NCBI GenBank assembly: GCA_963662715.1
Contig: OY759724.1
Location: 3,328,634-3,360,633, forward strand
Reading direction: 5' to 3'
DNA from: Candidatus Omnitrophota bacterium
GTDB taxonomy: Bacteria > Omnitrophota > Gorgyraeia > Zapsychrales > JANLHA01
Length of the DNA: 32,000 nt
The translations under genes and the position numbers were made by a program. Below, in pieces: positions 9,307 through 22,700 of this stretch (its first letter is position 1; every line of letters starts with the position of its first letter). A model generated the notes under the pieces. The model worked only from the letters and a program-made list of their open reading frames with translations, searched no databases and was not told the origin of the DNA.

Positions 9307-10689
9307 TTACTCCTCCGCAGCCCCTTCTTCTCCCGGTTTGGGAACGACCCGGATTCCCCCACCGTCTTTAACAGCGAGATCTTCTCCCATTTTCCCAGAG
9401 CGCTTCGCCCACAGCACAAAATGAATGGTTGTGAATGTTGCGACAAAAATGATCGTCCCAAAAACAATCTTCCACGTCATGGTAACGGAAATCCCTCGCT
9501 TAAATATCGCATCGGATAATGCGGACAGCCCTCGCAGCGCTTTTAAGCGCTGCAACACGTTTTGAACCTTTCCGACTTCTATATCTCTCAACTTTTTAGC
9601 CCGGACGATACTCATCATTTTTTCTAATCTTTCGACATCCTTTTTCGCCTCATCATATCTCTTTTCATTCAGCCGAAATATTCCGATATGCTGTTCAATA
9701 GGCAATTCCAAAGCCTTTGATTCTTTGATGGCTTTGACCCTCTCCTGAATTTCTTCAAACAAATACGTGGCACTCTGTTCATATATTGTTTCCTTTAATT
9801 CCCCCATAGCGAGATCCGCCCTCACCTGCAGAGCCTCAGCCTTGTTCTGGGGGAAGTCCCATATATCTTTTATCAATATTTCATACGTCTTTTTTTCTCC
9901 GGGGTTAAACTTTTCTTCCTTTGTTAAGAACGCCTGTTTCTTTTTTTCATCAAACCGGACATCAAAATCCTTTTTCTCAACGATATCCCCTTCCCGCACC
10001 TCTGCCGGCAAATAATGTTTATGTTTGATTTCCTTCAGCTCCTCATGCGGATTCTGAACCTCAATAATAAACTTAACCAGCTTTCTCTGCTCAATTTCAT
10101 CCAAGGCTTTTGATTCGTGTTCAAGGTAATCAAGATCATAGGCATTGTTCCGGATTTTCTCCAGAGCGGCTTTATAAGCGCGGTATTCTTCGATACGACG
10201 GTCTATATTATCGGAATAACTCTCCTGCTGGCCATAAATAAAATCAATGTCCTTGATCATCTGATCCCGGGCCTTGACCGCATAATCATAATTCTCACTG
10301 CCTTCCAGGAGTTTTAAATTCTCTTCAACCTGATTCTTCAGGACATTAATCTCTTCCTCCGTAATACGCCAGACATCTCTCACGACCACTTTAAAAGTCT
10401 TGGACTCTTTAGCATTAAATTGCATCTTCTTACTGACAAAATACAATCCCTTATCAACATCATAATCCACATCCAGATCACCTGTACTTACGATATCCTC
10501 CGGCTGCAATTCATCGGGCAGGTAGTACTTAACATCTATTTCTTTAGAGTCTGTTTCCGAAGCATTCACGGCAATAAAACGGATGGCAACCTGCGCATAA
10601 GCCAGCAGAGGCTGCACGAGCAAAAGGAGGAAAAACAGCCATGCGACAAACCTCTTCTTCATCCAATACATCATCTTCACCCCGGACAC
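9307..10689 (-). CDS. Exported, C-terminally membrane-anchored coiled-coil protein with an internal tandem duplication; function unknown
   Basis: 460 aa. The signal-peptide-like N-terminus is MKKRFVAWLFFLLLLVQPLLAYA-QV. Two homologous ~80-aa modules (aa ~34-115 and ~204-285, e.g. KEIDVKYYLPDELQPEDIV...FNAKESKTFKVVVRDVW vs KEIKHKHYLPAEVREGDIV...FNPGEKKTYEILIKDIW) are each followed by K/E-rich helices. The TM is WKIVFGTIIFVATFTTIHFVLWA (9409-9477), followed by a 33-aa acidic tail. The track start (10689) is a GTG; ATGs at 10674 and 10662 (MKKRF...) are more plausible starts. Confidence 0.75.
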   Translation of the reverse strand: MSGVKMMYWMKKRFVAWLFFLLLLVQPLLAYAQVAIRFIAVNASETDSKEIDVKYYLPDELQPEDIVSTGDLDVDYDVDKGLYFVSKKMQFNAKESKTFKVVVRDVWRITEEEINVLKNQVEENLKLLEGSENYDYAVKARDQMIKDIDFIYGQQESYSDNIDRRIEEYRAYKAALEKIRNNAYDLDYLEHESKALDEIEQRKLVKFIIEVQNPHEELKEIKHKHYLPAEVREGDIVEKKDFDVRFDEKKKQAFLTKEEKFNPGEKKTYEILIKDIWDFPQNKAEALQVRADLAMGELKETIYEQSATYLFEEIQERVKAIKESKALELPIEQHIGIFRLNEKRYDEAKKDVERLEKMMSIVRAKKLRDIEVGKVQNVLQRLKALRGLSALSDAIFKRGISVTMTWKIVFGTIIFVATFTTIHFVLWAKRSGKMGEDLAVKDGGGIRVVPKPGEEGAAEE

Positions 10690-10721
10690 TTCCTCAGTAT
10701 CAATTTCGTTTATAATAAAAA

Positions 10722-13700
10722 CTATTCAGCACTTTCAAACCAAGTTTTAACCACGACTTCATCTGTCTCTATGGCTTCCTTCAGAGCATTCAATTTGGCA
10801 TTAATCTCATCCAGTTTGGAGTATATCTTTTCATCTTCCCCGGCCTCTTCTTCCGTCAAATCCTCAACAGTCATGTCCGAATCCCCCAACCCTAAAGCCT
10901 CTGCCGCTTCATTCACGAAATTCGTTAAAGTTGACAATATCTGGGAGGCCACGTTATTAGCTGAAACCTGCTCTTCCGAAATAGTCGTCATAGACGTTTT
11001 TAATTCCGTAAGAGTGGATTCCAATTGTTTAAGTTTGTTGTAAGTGTCCGGGCTCTGTCCGGCGGCACCCAGCTCATCCCGGATACTTTGGGCCTCTGTT
11101 AATGCTGCGCCCGCGCTGCTTTTGGCCGAATCCACATTCGTTTTGATCTCTTCCAGTTTACTCAACTCCCCAAAAACTGTTTCCGAAGACTCATCATCCT
11201 CATAGATTCCGACCAGGACCTCTAAAGTATCCACATACTCAATAATTTCCTGCAAGTTACCAAAAACCGTATCTGCTGAAGACGTGTCTGTGGCTGTCCC
11301 AATAAGCGTCGTCAGGGATGTAATATTATCGTTAAGGGTGGTCACGTCCAAATCCTGTAAAGATTCAATAGCCGTAGTAAGCGCCGTAACGTCTAAACCG
11401 TTAAGAAGACCAAACAGTGTCCCGTCAGCCGCCGTATCAGCAGGATCCCCAATGTTATTATTCAGCGTCGTTACGGTTGTCAATATGGAGGCGACATTGG
11501 CGACCAAAGTCTGCGCATTGTCTGCTAAATAAGCGATGTCACTCCAATTAATATTTGCAGAAGTCATGGCAGATAAATCAGACCAGTTGATTCCCGCCGT
11601 AGATGTAATTCCCAAATCAACCCAGTTGACTCCTGCCCCCGTCATTTCCGTTAGATCCAGCCAGTTAACCGCAACATTTGTCATACTGCTCATATCTGTC
11701 CAATTGACGGCAGCAGACGACATGACAGCCAAATCCTGCCAATTAATTCCCGCATCGCTCATCACATCAATATCCAGCCAGTTAACTCCGGAGCCGGATA
11801 AAACTCCGATACTGGACCAATTAACACCTGCCGATGCCATCACCCCGACATCCTGCCAGTTAACCCCTGCACGGCTTAGGCTGTTCATATCATTCCAATT
11901 AATACCGGCTCGAGTTAAATCATTAATCGATGTCCAATTAACACCACTTGTCGTGAGCGTCTGCATATCCTCCCAGTTGATCCCGGCCAAAGTCAAAGTA
12001 CTTATATCATACCAGTTGATGCCGGAAGACGAGAGAACTCCCAAATTCGTCCAGTTGATCCCTGAAGCGCTCATTTCATTAACATTATCCCAATTGATGC
12101 CGGCCTCGGATAAAGAATCAATACTATCCCAGTTGATTCCCGTACTGCTCATAAGATCTATACTTGTCCAATTAATACCTCTACTTGTCATCACCTCAAG
12201 ATCCTGCCAGTTAATTCCCACATCCGACATCACCTCGATATCCAGCCAGTTGATCCCCGCATCACTCAGCATATTGATACTGCTCCAATTGACTCCTGAA
12301 TCACTTAACACATCAATGTCTGCCCAGTTGATCCCTGCATCACTTAACACATCAATATCTTTCCAGTTTATGCCGAATCCGCTCATTATACCTATATCTA
12401 ACCAATTCACCCCGGCGTCGCTCATATCATTAATGCTTTCCCAGTTTATACCCGCATTAGCTAGTTCTCCGATATTTGTCCAATTAATACCTGTGGTAGA
12501 CAGTTCGTTAATATTATTCCAATTGATCCCGATATCCGACATTCTACCGATATCAGACCAATTAATACCTTGCGTTGACATTTCTGATATATTAGTCCAG
12601 TTAATATTTGAACTTGACATTTCATCAATGCTGAGCCAATTAACTCCGGAATCTGATAATTCACTGATATTGGTCCAATTAATTTGCTGACTCGACAACA
12701 CATCCAGATCTATCCAGTTAATCCCCGCATCACTCATCTCGTTAATACTCAGCCAATTAATGCCTGTCTCACTCATAGAACTGATATCATTCCAATTAAT
12801 ACCACTACTGGTTAACTCCTCGATGTTATACCAGTTAACAGCAGCACTACTCATTACATCGATATCCAGCCAGTTGATCCCCGCTTCACTTAACACATCC
12901 AAATCCTTCCAATTAATTCCCGCATCGCTTAACACGTCAATATCCAGCCAGTTGATCCCTGACGTACTCATAAGCCCTAGATGACTCCAGTTTATCCCCG
13001 TATCACTCATCACATTGATATCCTGCCAGTTGATCCCTGCCTCACTCATGTCATTCACGCTTACCCAGTTGATCCCCATATCACTCAGAACATTGATATC
13101 CTGCCAGTTAACTCCTGCATCACTTAATTCCGCAATACTCGTCCAGTTGATCCCCGTGTCCGAAAGCTCACTGATGTTCTCCCAGTTGATCCCCGTGTCC
13201 GACATCTCACTGATGTTCTCCCAGTTGATTCCCGTATCCGACAGCTCGCTGATGTTCTCCCAGTTGATCCCCGTGTCCGACATCTCGCTGATGTTCTCCC
13301 AGTTCACCCCGCTTGAGGACATCTCCCCGATGTTCACCCAATTGATCCCCGTCGTTGTCAATTCACTAATATTGCTCCAATTCACTCCGCTCGATGTCAT
13401 CTCCCCAATATTAACCCAGTTGATCCCCGTAGCACTCATATCCCCGATATTCACCCAATTGATCCCCATATCACTCATCACATTTATGTCCTGCCAGTTG
13501 ATCCCCGTATCGCTCAGCACATCAATATCCAGCCAGTTGATCCCCGCATCGCTCAACACATCAATGTCCAGCCAATTGATCCCCGCGTCACTCATCACAT
13601 TGATATCCTGCCAGTTGACTCCTGCATCACTTAATTCCGCAATACTCGTCCAGTTGATCCCCGTGTCCGACATCTCGCTGATATTCTCCCAGTTGATCCC

Positions 13701-16700
13701 CGTATCCGACAGCTCGCTGATACTCTGCCAGTTGATTCCCGTATCCGACAACTCGCTGATATTCTCCCAGTTCACCCCGCTTGAGGACATCTCCCCGATG
13801 TTCACCCAATTGATCCCCGTCGTTGTCAATTCACTAATATTGCTCCAATTCACTCCGCTCGATGTCATCTCCCCAATATTAACCCAGTTGATCCCCGTAG
13901 CACTCATGTCACTGATGTTTGTCCAATTAATCCCTCTGTCACTCATCACATCAATATCCTGCCAATTGATTCCCGCTTCACTTAAATCATTCACACTCAC
14001 CCAGTTGATCCCCGCGTCACTTAATACCCCTAAGTCCTGCCAATTAATCCCTGTATCACTTAATACATCCACATCCAGCCAGTTGATCCCCGCATCACTC
14101 ATCACATCGATATCCAGCCAGTTGATCCCCGCATCGCTCATATCACTCACACTCACCCAATTGATCCCCGTATCACTTAACACATCCACATCCAGCCAGT
14201 TGATTCCCGCGTCACTCAAAATATCAAAATCTGCCCAGTTAATTCCTGCATCACTCAATACATCCACATCCAGCCAGTTGATCCCCGCGTCACTTAACAC
14301 ATCGATATCTGTCCAATTGACTCCCGCCTCTGTCATTTCTCCTATATTCAACCAGTTTATCCCTTGCGTTGTCATCTCTCCGATGTTTGCCCAATTCACT
14401 CCCGTTGTACTCATCTCGCTGATGTTCTCCCAGTTGATCCCCGTGTCCGATAACTCACTGATATTTTCCCAGTTCACCCCGCTTGAGGACATCTCCCCGA
14501 TATTCGCCCAGTTGATCCCCGTACTGCTCATCTCACTGATATTGACCCAATTCACTCCCCGCGAGGACATCTCCCCGACATTTGCCCAATTGATCCCCGT
14601 CGTACTCATCTCGCTGATATTTTCCCAGTTAATTCCTGTATCTGACAACTCGCTGATGTTCTCCCAGTTAATCCCCGTATCTGACATCTCGCTGATGTTC
14701 TCCCAGTTGATTCCCGTGTCCGATAACTCGCTGATATTTTCCCAATTGATTCCCGTTGTACTCATCTCACTGATATTTTCCCAATTTACTCCGCTTGATG
14801 ACAACTCTCCAATATTTACCCAATTAATCCCTGCGGCACTCATATCATAAACATTAGTCCAATTAATCCCCTTATCACTCATCACATCGATGTCCGACCA
14901 ATTGATTCCTGATTCACTCATATCTCCAATACTCGTCCAATTAATCCCTGCCGTTGTCAATTCTCCAATATTTACCCAGTTGATCCCCGTCGTACTCATC
15001 TCGCTGATATTTTCCCAGTTGATCCCCGTATCCGACAGCTCGCTGATGTTCTCCCAGTTGATCCCCGTATCCGACATCTCGCTGATGTTCTCCCAGTTGA
15101 TCCCCGTATCCGACAGCTCGCTGATGTTCTCCCAGTTGATCCCCGTATCCGACATCTCGCTGATATTCTCCCAGTTGATCCCCGTATCCGACAATTCGCT
15201 GATATTCTCCCAGTTGATCCCCGTACTGCTCATCTCGCTGATATTTTCCCAGTTAATCCCTGTATCACTCATCACATCGATGTCCAGCCAGTTGATCCCC
15301 GCATCACTCATATCATTCACACTCACCCAGTTGATCCCCATATCACTCATCACATTGATATCCTGCCAGTTGATCCCTGCCTCACTTAACTCCGCAATAC
15401 TCATCCAGTTGATCCCCGTATCCGACAGTTCACTGATGTTCTCCCAGTTGATCCCCGTACTGCTCATCTCGCTGATGTTCTCCCAGTTGATCCCCGTATC
15501 CGACATTTCACTGATGTTTTCCCAGTTAATCCCCGTGTCCGACATCTCACTGATATTCTCCCAGTTGATCCCCGTATCCGACAGCTCGCTGATGTTCTCC
15601 CAGTTGATCCCCGTACTGCTCATTTCGCTGATATTTTCCCAGTTCACTCCGCTTGACGATAACTCCCCGATATTCGTCCAATTAATTCCCGCAACACTCA
15701 TATCATTCATATTGGTCCAGTTAATCCCCGTATCACTCAATACATCCACGTCTAACCAATTAATCCCCGCATCACTTAAATCATTCACGCTCACCCAGTT
15801 GATCCCCGCATCACTCATTACATCAATATCCAGCCAGTTGATCCCCGTCTCTGTCATAACATCCAAATCCTTCCAATTAATCCCCGCCGTTGTTAGCTCC
15901 CCTAAATCAACCCAATTAACTCCTGAACTGCTTAATTCATCTATCCCGATCCAGTTAATTCCTGTATCACTCATCACATCGATATCCAGCCAGTTGATCC
16001 CCGCATCACTCATATCATTCACACTCACCCAGTTGATCCCCATATCACTCATCACATTTATATCCTGCCAGTTAACTCCTGCGTCACTTAATTCCGCAAT
16101 ACTCATCCAGTTAATCCCCGTATCCGAAAGCTCACTGATGTTCTCCCAGTTGATCCCCGTGTCCGACATCTCACTGATGTTCTCCCAGTTGATCCCCGTA
16201 TCCGACAGCTCACTGATGTTCTCCCAGTTGATCCCCGTGTCCGACATCTCACTGATATTCTCCCAGTTAATCCCCGTATCCGACAGCTCGCTGATGTTCT
16301 CCCAGTTGATCCCCGTACTGCTCATCTCGCTGATATTTTCCCAGTTCACTCCGCTTGACGATAACTCCCCGATATTCGTCCAATTAATTCCCGCAGCACT
16401 CATATCATTCATATTGGTCCAGTTAATCCCCGTATCACTCAACACATCCACGTCTAACCAATTAATCCCCGCATCACTTAAATCATTCACACTCACCCAG
16501 TTGATCCCCGCATCACTCATCACATCAATATCCAGCCAGTTGATCCCCGTATCTGTCAGAACATCCAAATCCTTCCAATTAATCCCCGCCGTTGTTAGCT
16601 CCCCTAAATCAACCCAATTAACTCCTGAACTGCTTAATTCATCTATCCCGATCCAGTTAATTCCTGTATCACTCATCACATCGATATCCAGCCAGTTGAT

Positions 16701-19700
16701 CCCTGCTTCACTCATATCATTCACACTCACCCAGTTGATCCCCATATCACTCATCACATTGATATCCTGCCAGTTAACTCCTGCGTCACTTAATTCCGCA
16801 ATACTCATCCAGTTGATCCCCGTATCCGAAAGCTCACTGATGTTCTCCCAGTTGATCCCCGTGTCCGACATCTCACTGATGTTCTCCCAGTTGATTCCCG
16901 TATCCGACAGCTCGCTGATGTTCTCCCAGTTGATCCCCGTGTCCGACATCTCGCTGATGTTCTCCCAGTTCACCCCGCTTGAGGACATCTCCCCGATGTT
17001 CACCCAATTGATCCCCGTCGTTGTCAATTCACTAATATTGCTCCAATTCACTCCGCTCGATGTCATCTCCCCAATATTAACCCAGTTGATCCCCGTAGCA
17101 CTCATATCCCCGATATTCACCCAATTGATCCCCATATCACTCATCACATTTATGTCCTGCCAGTTGATCCCCGTATCGCTCAGCACATCAATATCCAGCC
17201 AGTTGATCCCCGCGTCACTCATCACATCTATGTCCAGCCAATTGATCCCCGCATCACTCATCACATCTATGTCCAGCCAATTGATCCCCGTTTCTGTTAA
17301 CTCCCCAATATTTAACCAATTAATTCCTCCCGTACTCATCTCACTGATATTCTCCCAGTTCACCCCGCTTGAGGACATCTCTCCGATATTCACCCAATTC
17401 ACACCCGTTGTGCTCATCTCGCTGATATTCTCCCAGTTCACCCCGCTTGAGGACATCTCCCCGATGTTCACCCAATTGATTCCCGTCGTCGTTAATTCAC
17501 TAATATTGCTCCAATTCACTCCGCTCGATGTCATCTCCCCAATATTAACCCAGTTGATCCCCGTAGCACTCATGTCACTGATGTTTGTCCAATTAATCCC
17601 TCTGTCACTCATCACATCAATATCCTGCCAATTGATTCCCGCTTCACTTAAATCATTCACACTCACCCAGTTGATCCCCGCGTCACTTAATACCCCTAAG
17701 TCCTGCCAATTAATCCCTGTATCACTTAATACATCCACATCCAGCCAGTTGATCCCCGCATCACTCATCACATCGATATCCAGCCAGTTGATCCCCGCAT
17801 CGCTCATATCACTCACACTCACCCAATTGATCCCCGTATCACTTAACACATCCACATCCAGCCAGTTGATTCCCGCGTCACTCAAAATATCAAAATCTGC
17901 CCAGTTAATTCCTGCATCACTCAATACATCCACATCCAGCCAGTTGATCCCCGCGTCACTTAACACATCGATATCTGTCCAATTGACTCCCGCCTCTGTC
18001 ATTTCTCCTATATTCAACCAGTTTATCCCTTGCGTTGTCATCTCTCCGATGTTTGCCCAATTCACTCCCGTTGTACTCATCTCGCTGATGTTCTCCCAGT
18101 TGATCCCCGTGTCCGATAACTCACTGATATTTTCCCAGTTCACCCCGCTTGAGGACATCTCCCCGATATTCGCCCAGTTGATCCCCGTACTGCTCATCTC
18201 ACTGATATTGACCCAATTCACTCCCCGCGAGGACATCTCCCCGACATTTGCCCAATTGATCCCCGTCGTACTCATCTCGCTGATATTTGTCCAATTAATC
18301 CCTCTGTCACTCATCACATCGATATCGTCCCAATTGATCCCCGCATCACTCAAATCATTCACACTCACCCAGTTAATCCCCGCGTCTGCAAGAACTCCGA
18401 GATCTCGCCAATTAACCCCCGTATCACTCAATACATCAATGTCCAGCCAGTTAATCCCCGCATCACTCAATACATCGATGTCCAGCCAGTTGATCCCCGC
18501 ATCACTTAAGTCATTCATACTTACCCAATTTATCCCGGTATCACTTAGCACATCGATATCATTCCAATTTATCCCTGCCTCACTCATATCTCCAATATTT
18601 GTCCAATTAATTCCCGCTCTTGTAAAGACACCTAGATCACTCCAATTAATTCCTGAACGAGTTAATTCATTCATTTCAACCCAGTTGATCCCTGTATCAC
18701 TCATCACATCGATGTCCAGCCAGTTGATCCCCGCATCACTCATATCATTCACACTCACCCAGTTGATCCCCATATCACTCATCACATTGATATCCTGCCA
18801 GTTGATCCCTGCCTCACTTAACTCCGCAATACTCATCCAGTTGATCCCCGTATCCGACAGTTCACTGATGTTCTCCCAGTTGATCCCCGTACTGCTCATC
18901 TCGCTGATGTTCTCCCAGTTGATCCCCGTATCCGACATTTCACTGATGTTTTCCCAGTTAATCCCCGTGTCCGACATCTCACTGATATTCTCCCAGTTGA
19001 TCCCCGTATCCGACAGCTCGCTGATGTTCTCCCAGTTGATCCCCGTACTGCTCATTTCGCTGATATTTTCCCAGTTCACTCCGCTTGACGATAACTCCCC
19101 GATATTCGTCCAATTAATTCCCGCAACACTCATATCATTCATATTGGTCCAGTTAATCCCCGTATCACTCAATACATCCACGTCTAACCAATTAATCCCC
19201 GCATCACTTAAATCATTCACGCTCACCCAGTTGATCCCCGCATCACTCATTACATCAATATCCAGCCAGTTGATCCCCGTCTCTGTCATAACATCCAAAT
19301 CCTTCCAATTAATCCCCGCCGTTGTTAGCTCCCCTAAATCAACCCAATTAACTCCTGAACTGCTTAATTCATCTATCCCGATCCAGTTAATTCCTGTATC
19401 ACTCATCACATCGATATCCAGCCAGTTGATCCCCGCATCACTCATATCATTCACACTCACCCAGTTGATCCCCATATCACTCATCACATTTATATCCTGC
19501 CAGTTAACTCCTGCGTCACTTAATTCCGCAATACTCATCCAGTTAATCCCCGTATCCGAAAGCTCACTGATGTTCTCCCAGTTGATCCCCGTGTCCGACA
19601 TCTCACTGATGTTCTCCCAGTTGATCCCCGTATCCGACAGCTCACTGATGTTCTCCCAGTTGATCCCCGTGTCCGACATCTCACTGATATTCTCCCAGTT

Positions 19701-22700
19701 AATCCCCGTATCCGACAGCTCGCTGATGTTCTCCCAGTTGATCCCCGTACTGCTCATCTCGCTGATATTTTCCCAGTTCACTCCGCTTGACGATAACTCC
19801 CCGATATTCGTCCAATTAATTCCCGCAGCACTCATATCATTCATATTGGTCCAGTTAATCCCCGTATCACTCAACACATCCACGTCTAACCAATTAATCC
19901 CCGCATCACTTAAATCATTCACACTCACCCAGTTGATCCCCGCATCACTCATCACATCAATATCCAGCCAGTTGATCCCCGTATCTGTCAGAACATCCAA
20001 ATCCTTCCAATTAATCCCCGCCGTTGTTAGCTCCCCTAAATCAACCCAATTAACTCCTGAACTGCTTAATTCATCTATCCCGATCCAGTTAATTCCTGTA
20101 TCACTCATCACATCGATATCCAGCCAGTTGATCCCTGCTTCACTCATATCATTCACACTCACCCAGTTGATCCCCATATCACTCATCACATTGATATCCT
20201 GCCAGTTAACTCCTGCGTCACTTAATTCCGCAATACTCATCCAGTTGATCCCCGTATCCGAAAGCTCACTGATGTTCTCCCAGTTGATCCCCGTGTCCGA
20301 CATCTCACTGATGTTCTCCCAGTTGATTCCCGTATCCGACAGCTCGCTGATGTTCTCCCAGTTGATCCCCGTGTCCGACATCTCGCTGATGTTCTCCCAG
20401 TTCACCCCGCTTGAGGACATCTCCCCGATGTTCACCCAATTGATCCCCGTCGTTGTCAATTCACTAATATTGCTCCAATTCACTCCGCTCGATGTCATCT
20501 CCCCAATATTAACCCAGTTGATCCCCGTAGCACTCATATCCCCGATATTCACCCAATTGATCCCCATATCACTCATCACATTTATGTCCTGCCAGTTGAT
20601 CCCCGTATCGCTCAGCACATCAATATCCAGCCAGTTGATCCCCGCGTCACTCATCACATCTATGTCCAGCCAATTGATCCCCGCATCACTCATCACATCT
20701 ATGTCCAGCCAATTGATCCCCGTTTCTGTTAACTCCCCAATATTTAACCAATTAATTCCTCCCGTACTCATCTCACTGATATTCTCCCAGTTCACCCCGC
20801 TTGAGGACATCTCTCCGATATTCACCCAATTCACACCCGTTGTGCTCATCTCGCTGATATTCTCCCAGTTCACCCCGCTTGAGGACATCTCCCCGATGTT
20901 CACCCAATTGATTCCCGTCGTCGTTAATTCACTAATATTGCTCCAATTCACTCCGCTCGATGTCATCTCCCCAATATTAACCCAGTTGATCCCCGTAGCA
21001 CTCATGTCACTGATGTTTGTCCAATTAATCCCTCTGTCACTCATCACATCAATATCCTGCCAATTGATTCCCGCTTCACTTAAATCATTCACACTCACCC
21101 AGTTGATCCCCGCGTCACTTAATACCCCTAAGTCCTGCCAATTAATCCCTGTATCACTTAATACATCCACATCCAGCCAGTTGATCCCCGCATCACTCAT
21201 CACATCGATATCCAGCCAGTTGATCCCCGCATCGCTCATATCACTCACACTCACCCAATTGATCCCCGTATCACTTAACACATCCACATCCAGCCAGTTG
21301 ATTCCCGCGTCACTCAAAATATCAAAATCTGCCCAGTTAATTCCTGCATCACTCAATACATCCACATCCAGCCAGTTGATCCCCGCGTCACTTAACACAT
21401 CGATATCTGTCCAATTGACTCCCGCCTCTGTCATTTCTCCTATATTCAACCAGTTTATCCCTTGCGTTGTCATCTCTCCGATGTTTGCCCAATTCACTCC
21501 CGTTGTACTCATCTCGCTGATGTTCTCCCAGTTGATCCCCGTGTCCGATAACTCACTGATATTTTCCCAGTTCACCCCGCTTGAGGACATCTCCCCGATA
21601 TTCGCCCAGTTGATCCCCGTACTGCTCATCTCACTGATATTGACCCAATTCACTCCCCGCGAGGACATCTCCCCGACATTTGCCCAATTGATCCCCGTCG
21701 TACTCATCTCGCTGATATTTGTCCAATTAATCCCTCTGTCACTCATCACATCGATATCGTCCCAATTGATCCCCGCATCACTCAAATCATTCACACTCAC
21801 CCAGTTAATCCCCGCGTCTGCAAGAACTCCGAGATCTCGCCAATTAACCCCCGTATCACTCAATACATCAATGTCCAGCCAGTTAATCCCCGCATCACTC
21901 AATACATCGATGTCCAGCCAGTTGATCCCCGCATCACTTAAGTCATTCATACTTACCCAATTTATCCCGGTATCACTTAGCACATCGATATCATTCCAAT
22001 TTATCCCTGCCTCACTCATATCTCCAATATTTGTCCAATTAATTCCCGCTCTTGTAAAGACACCTAGATCACTCCAATTAATTCCTGAACGAGTTAATTC
22101 ATTCATTTCAACCCAGTTGATCCCTGTATCACTCATCACATCGATGTCCAGCCAGTTGATCCCCGCATCACTCATATCATTCACACTCACCCAGTTGATC
22201 CCCATATCACTCATCACATTGATATCCTGCCAGTTGATCCCTGTGTCACTTAACACATCGATATCCATCCAGTTGATCCCTGCTTCGCTTAACTGCCCGA
22301 TATTTTGCCAATTAATCCCTGATCTACTTAACTCACTGATATTCTCCCAGTTGATCCCCGTATCCGACATTTCACTGATGTTTTCCCAGTTAATCCCCGT
22401 GTCCGACATCTCACTGATATTCTCCCAGTTAATCCCCGTATCCGACAGCTCGCTGATGTTCGCCCAGTTAATCCCCGTACTGCTCATCTCACTGATATTC
22501 TCCCAGTTCACCCCGCTTGATGACATCTCCCCGATATTCAACCAGTTGATCCCCGTACTGCTCATCTCCCCAATATTTAACCAGTTGATCCCTCGGTCAC
22601 TTAACACATCTATATCCAGCCAGTTGATCCCTGCATTCGTCATATCACTCATACTCACCCAATTCATCCCTGCATCACTCATCACATCGATGTCCTCCCA

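Noticed and set aside
11536-14850. Long plus-strand ORFs (11536-12690, 384 aa; 13015-14850, 611 aa; also 12760-12984) translating to SQLIP-type repeats
   Set aside because: They are antisense shadows of the repeat. The unit happens to lack stop codons in one antisense frame, and these ORFs lie entirely inside the 21-kb minus-strand ORF. They are broken wherever a unit variant introduces a stop, and they have no start context or independent conservation signal.
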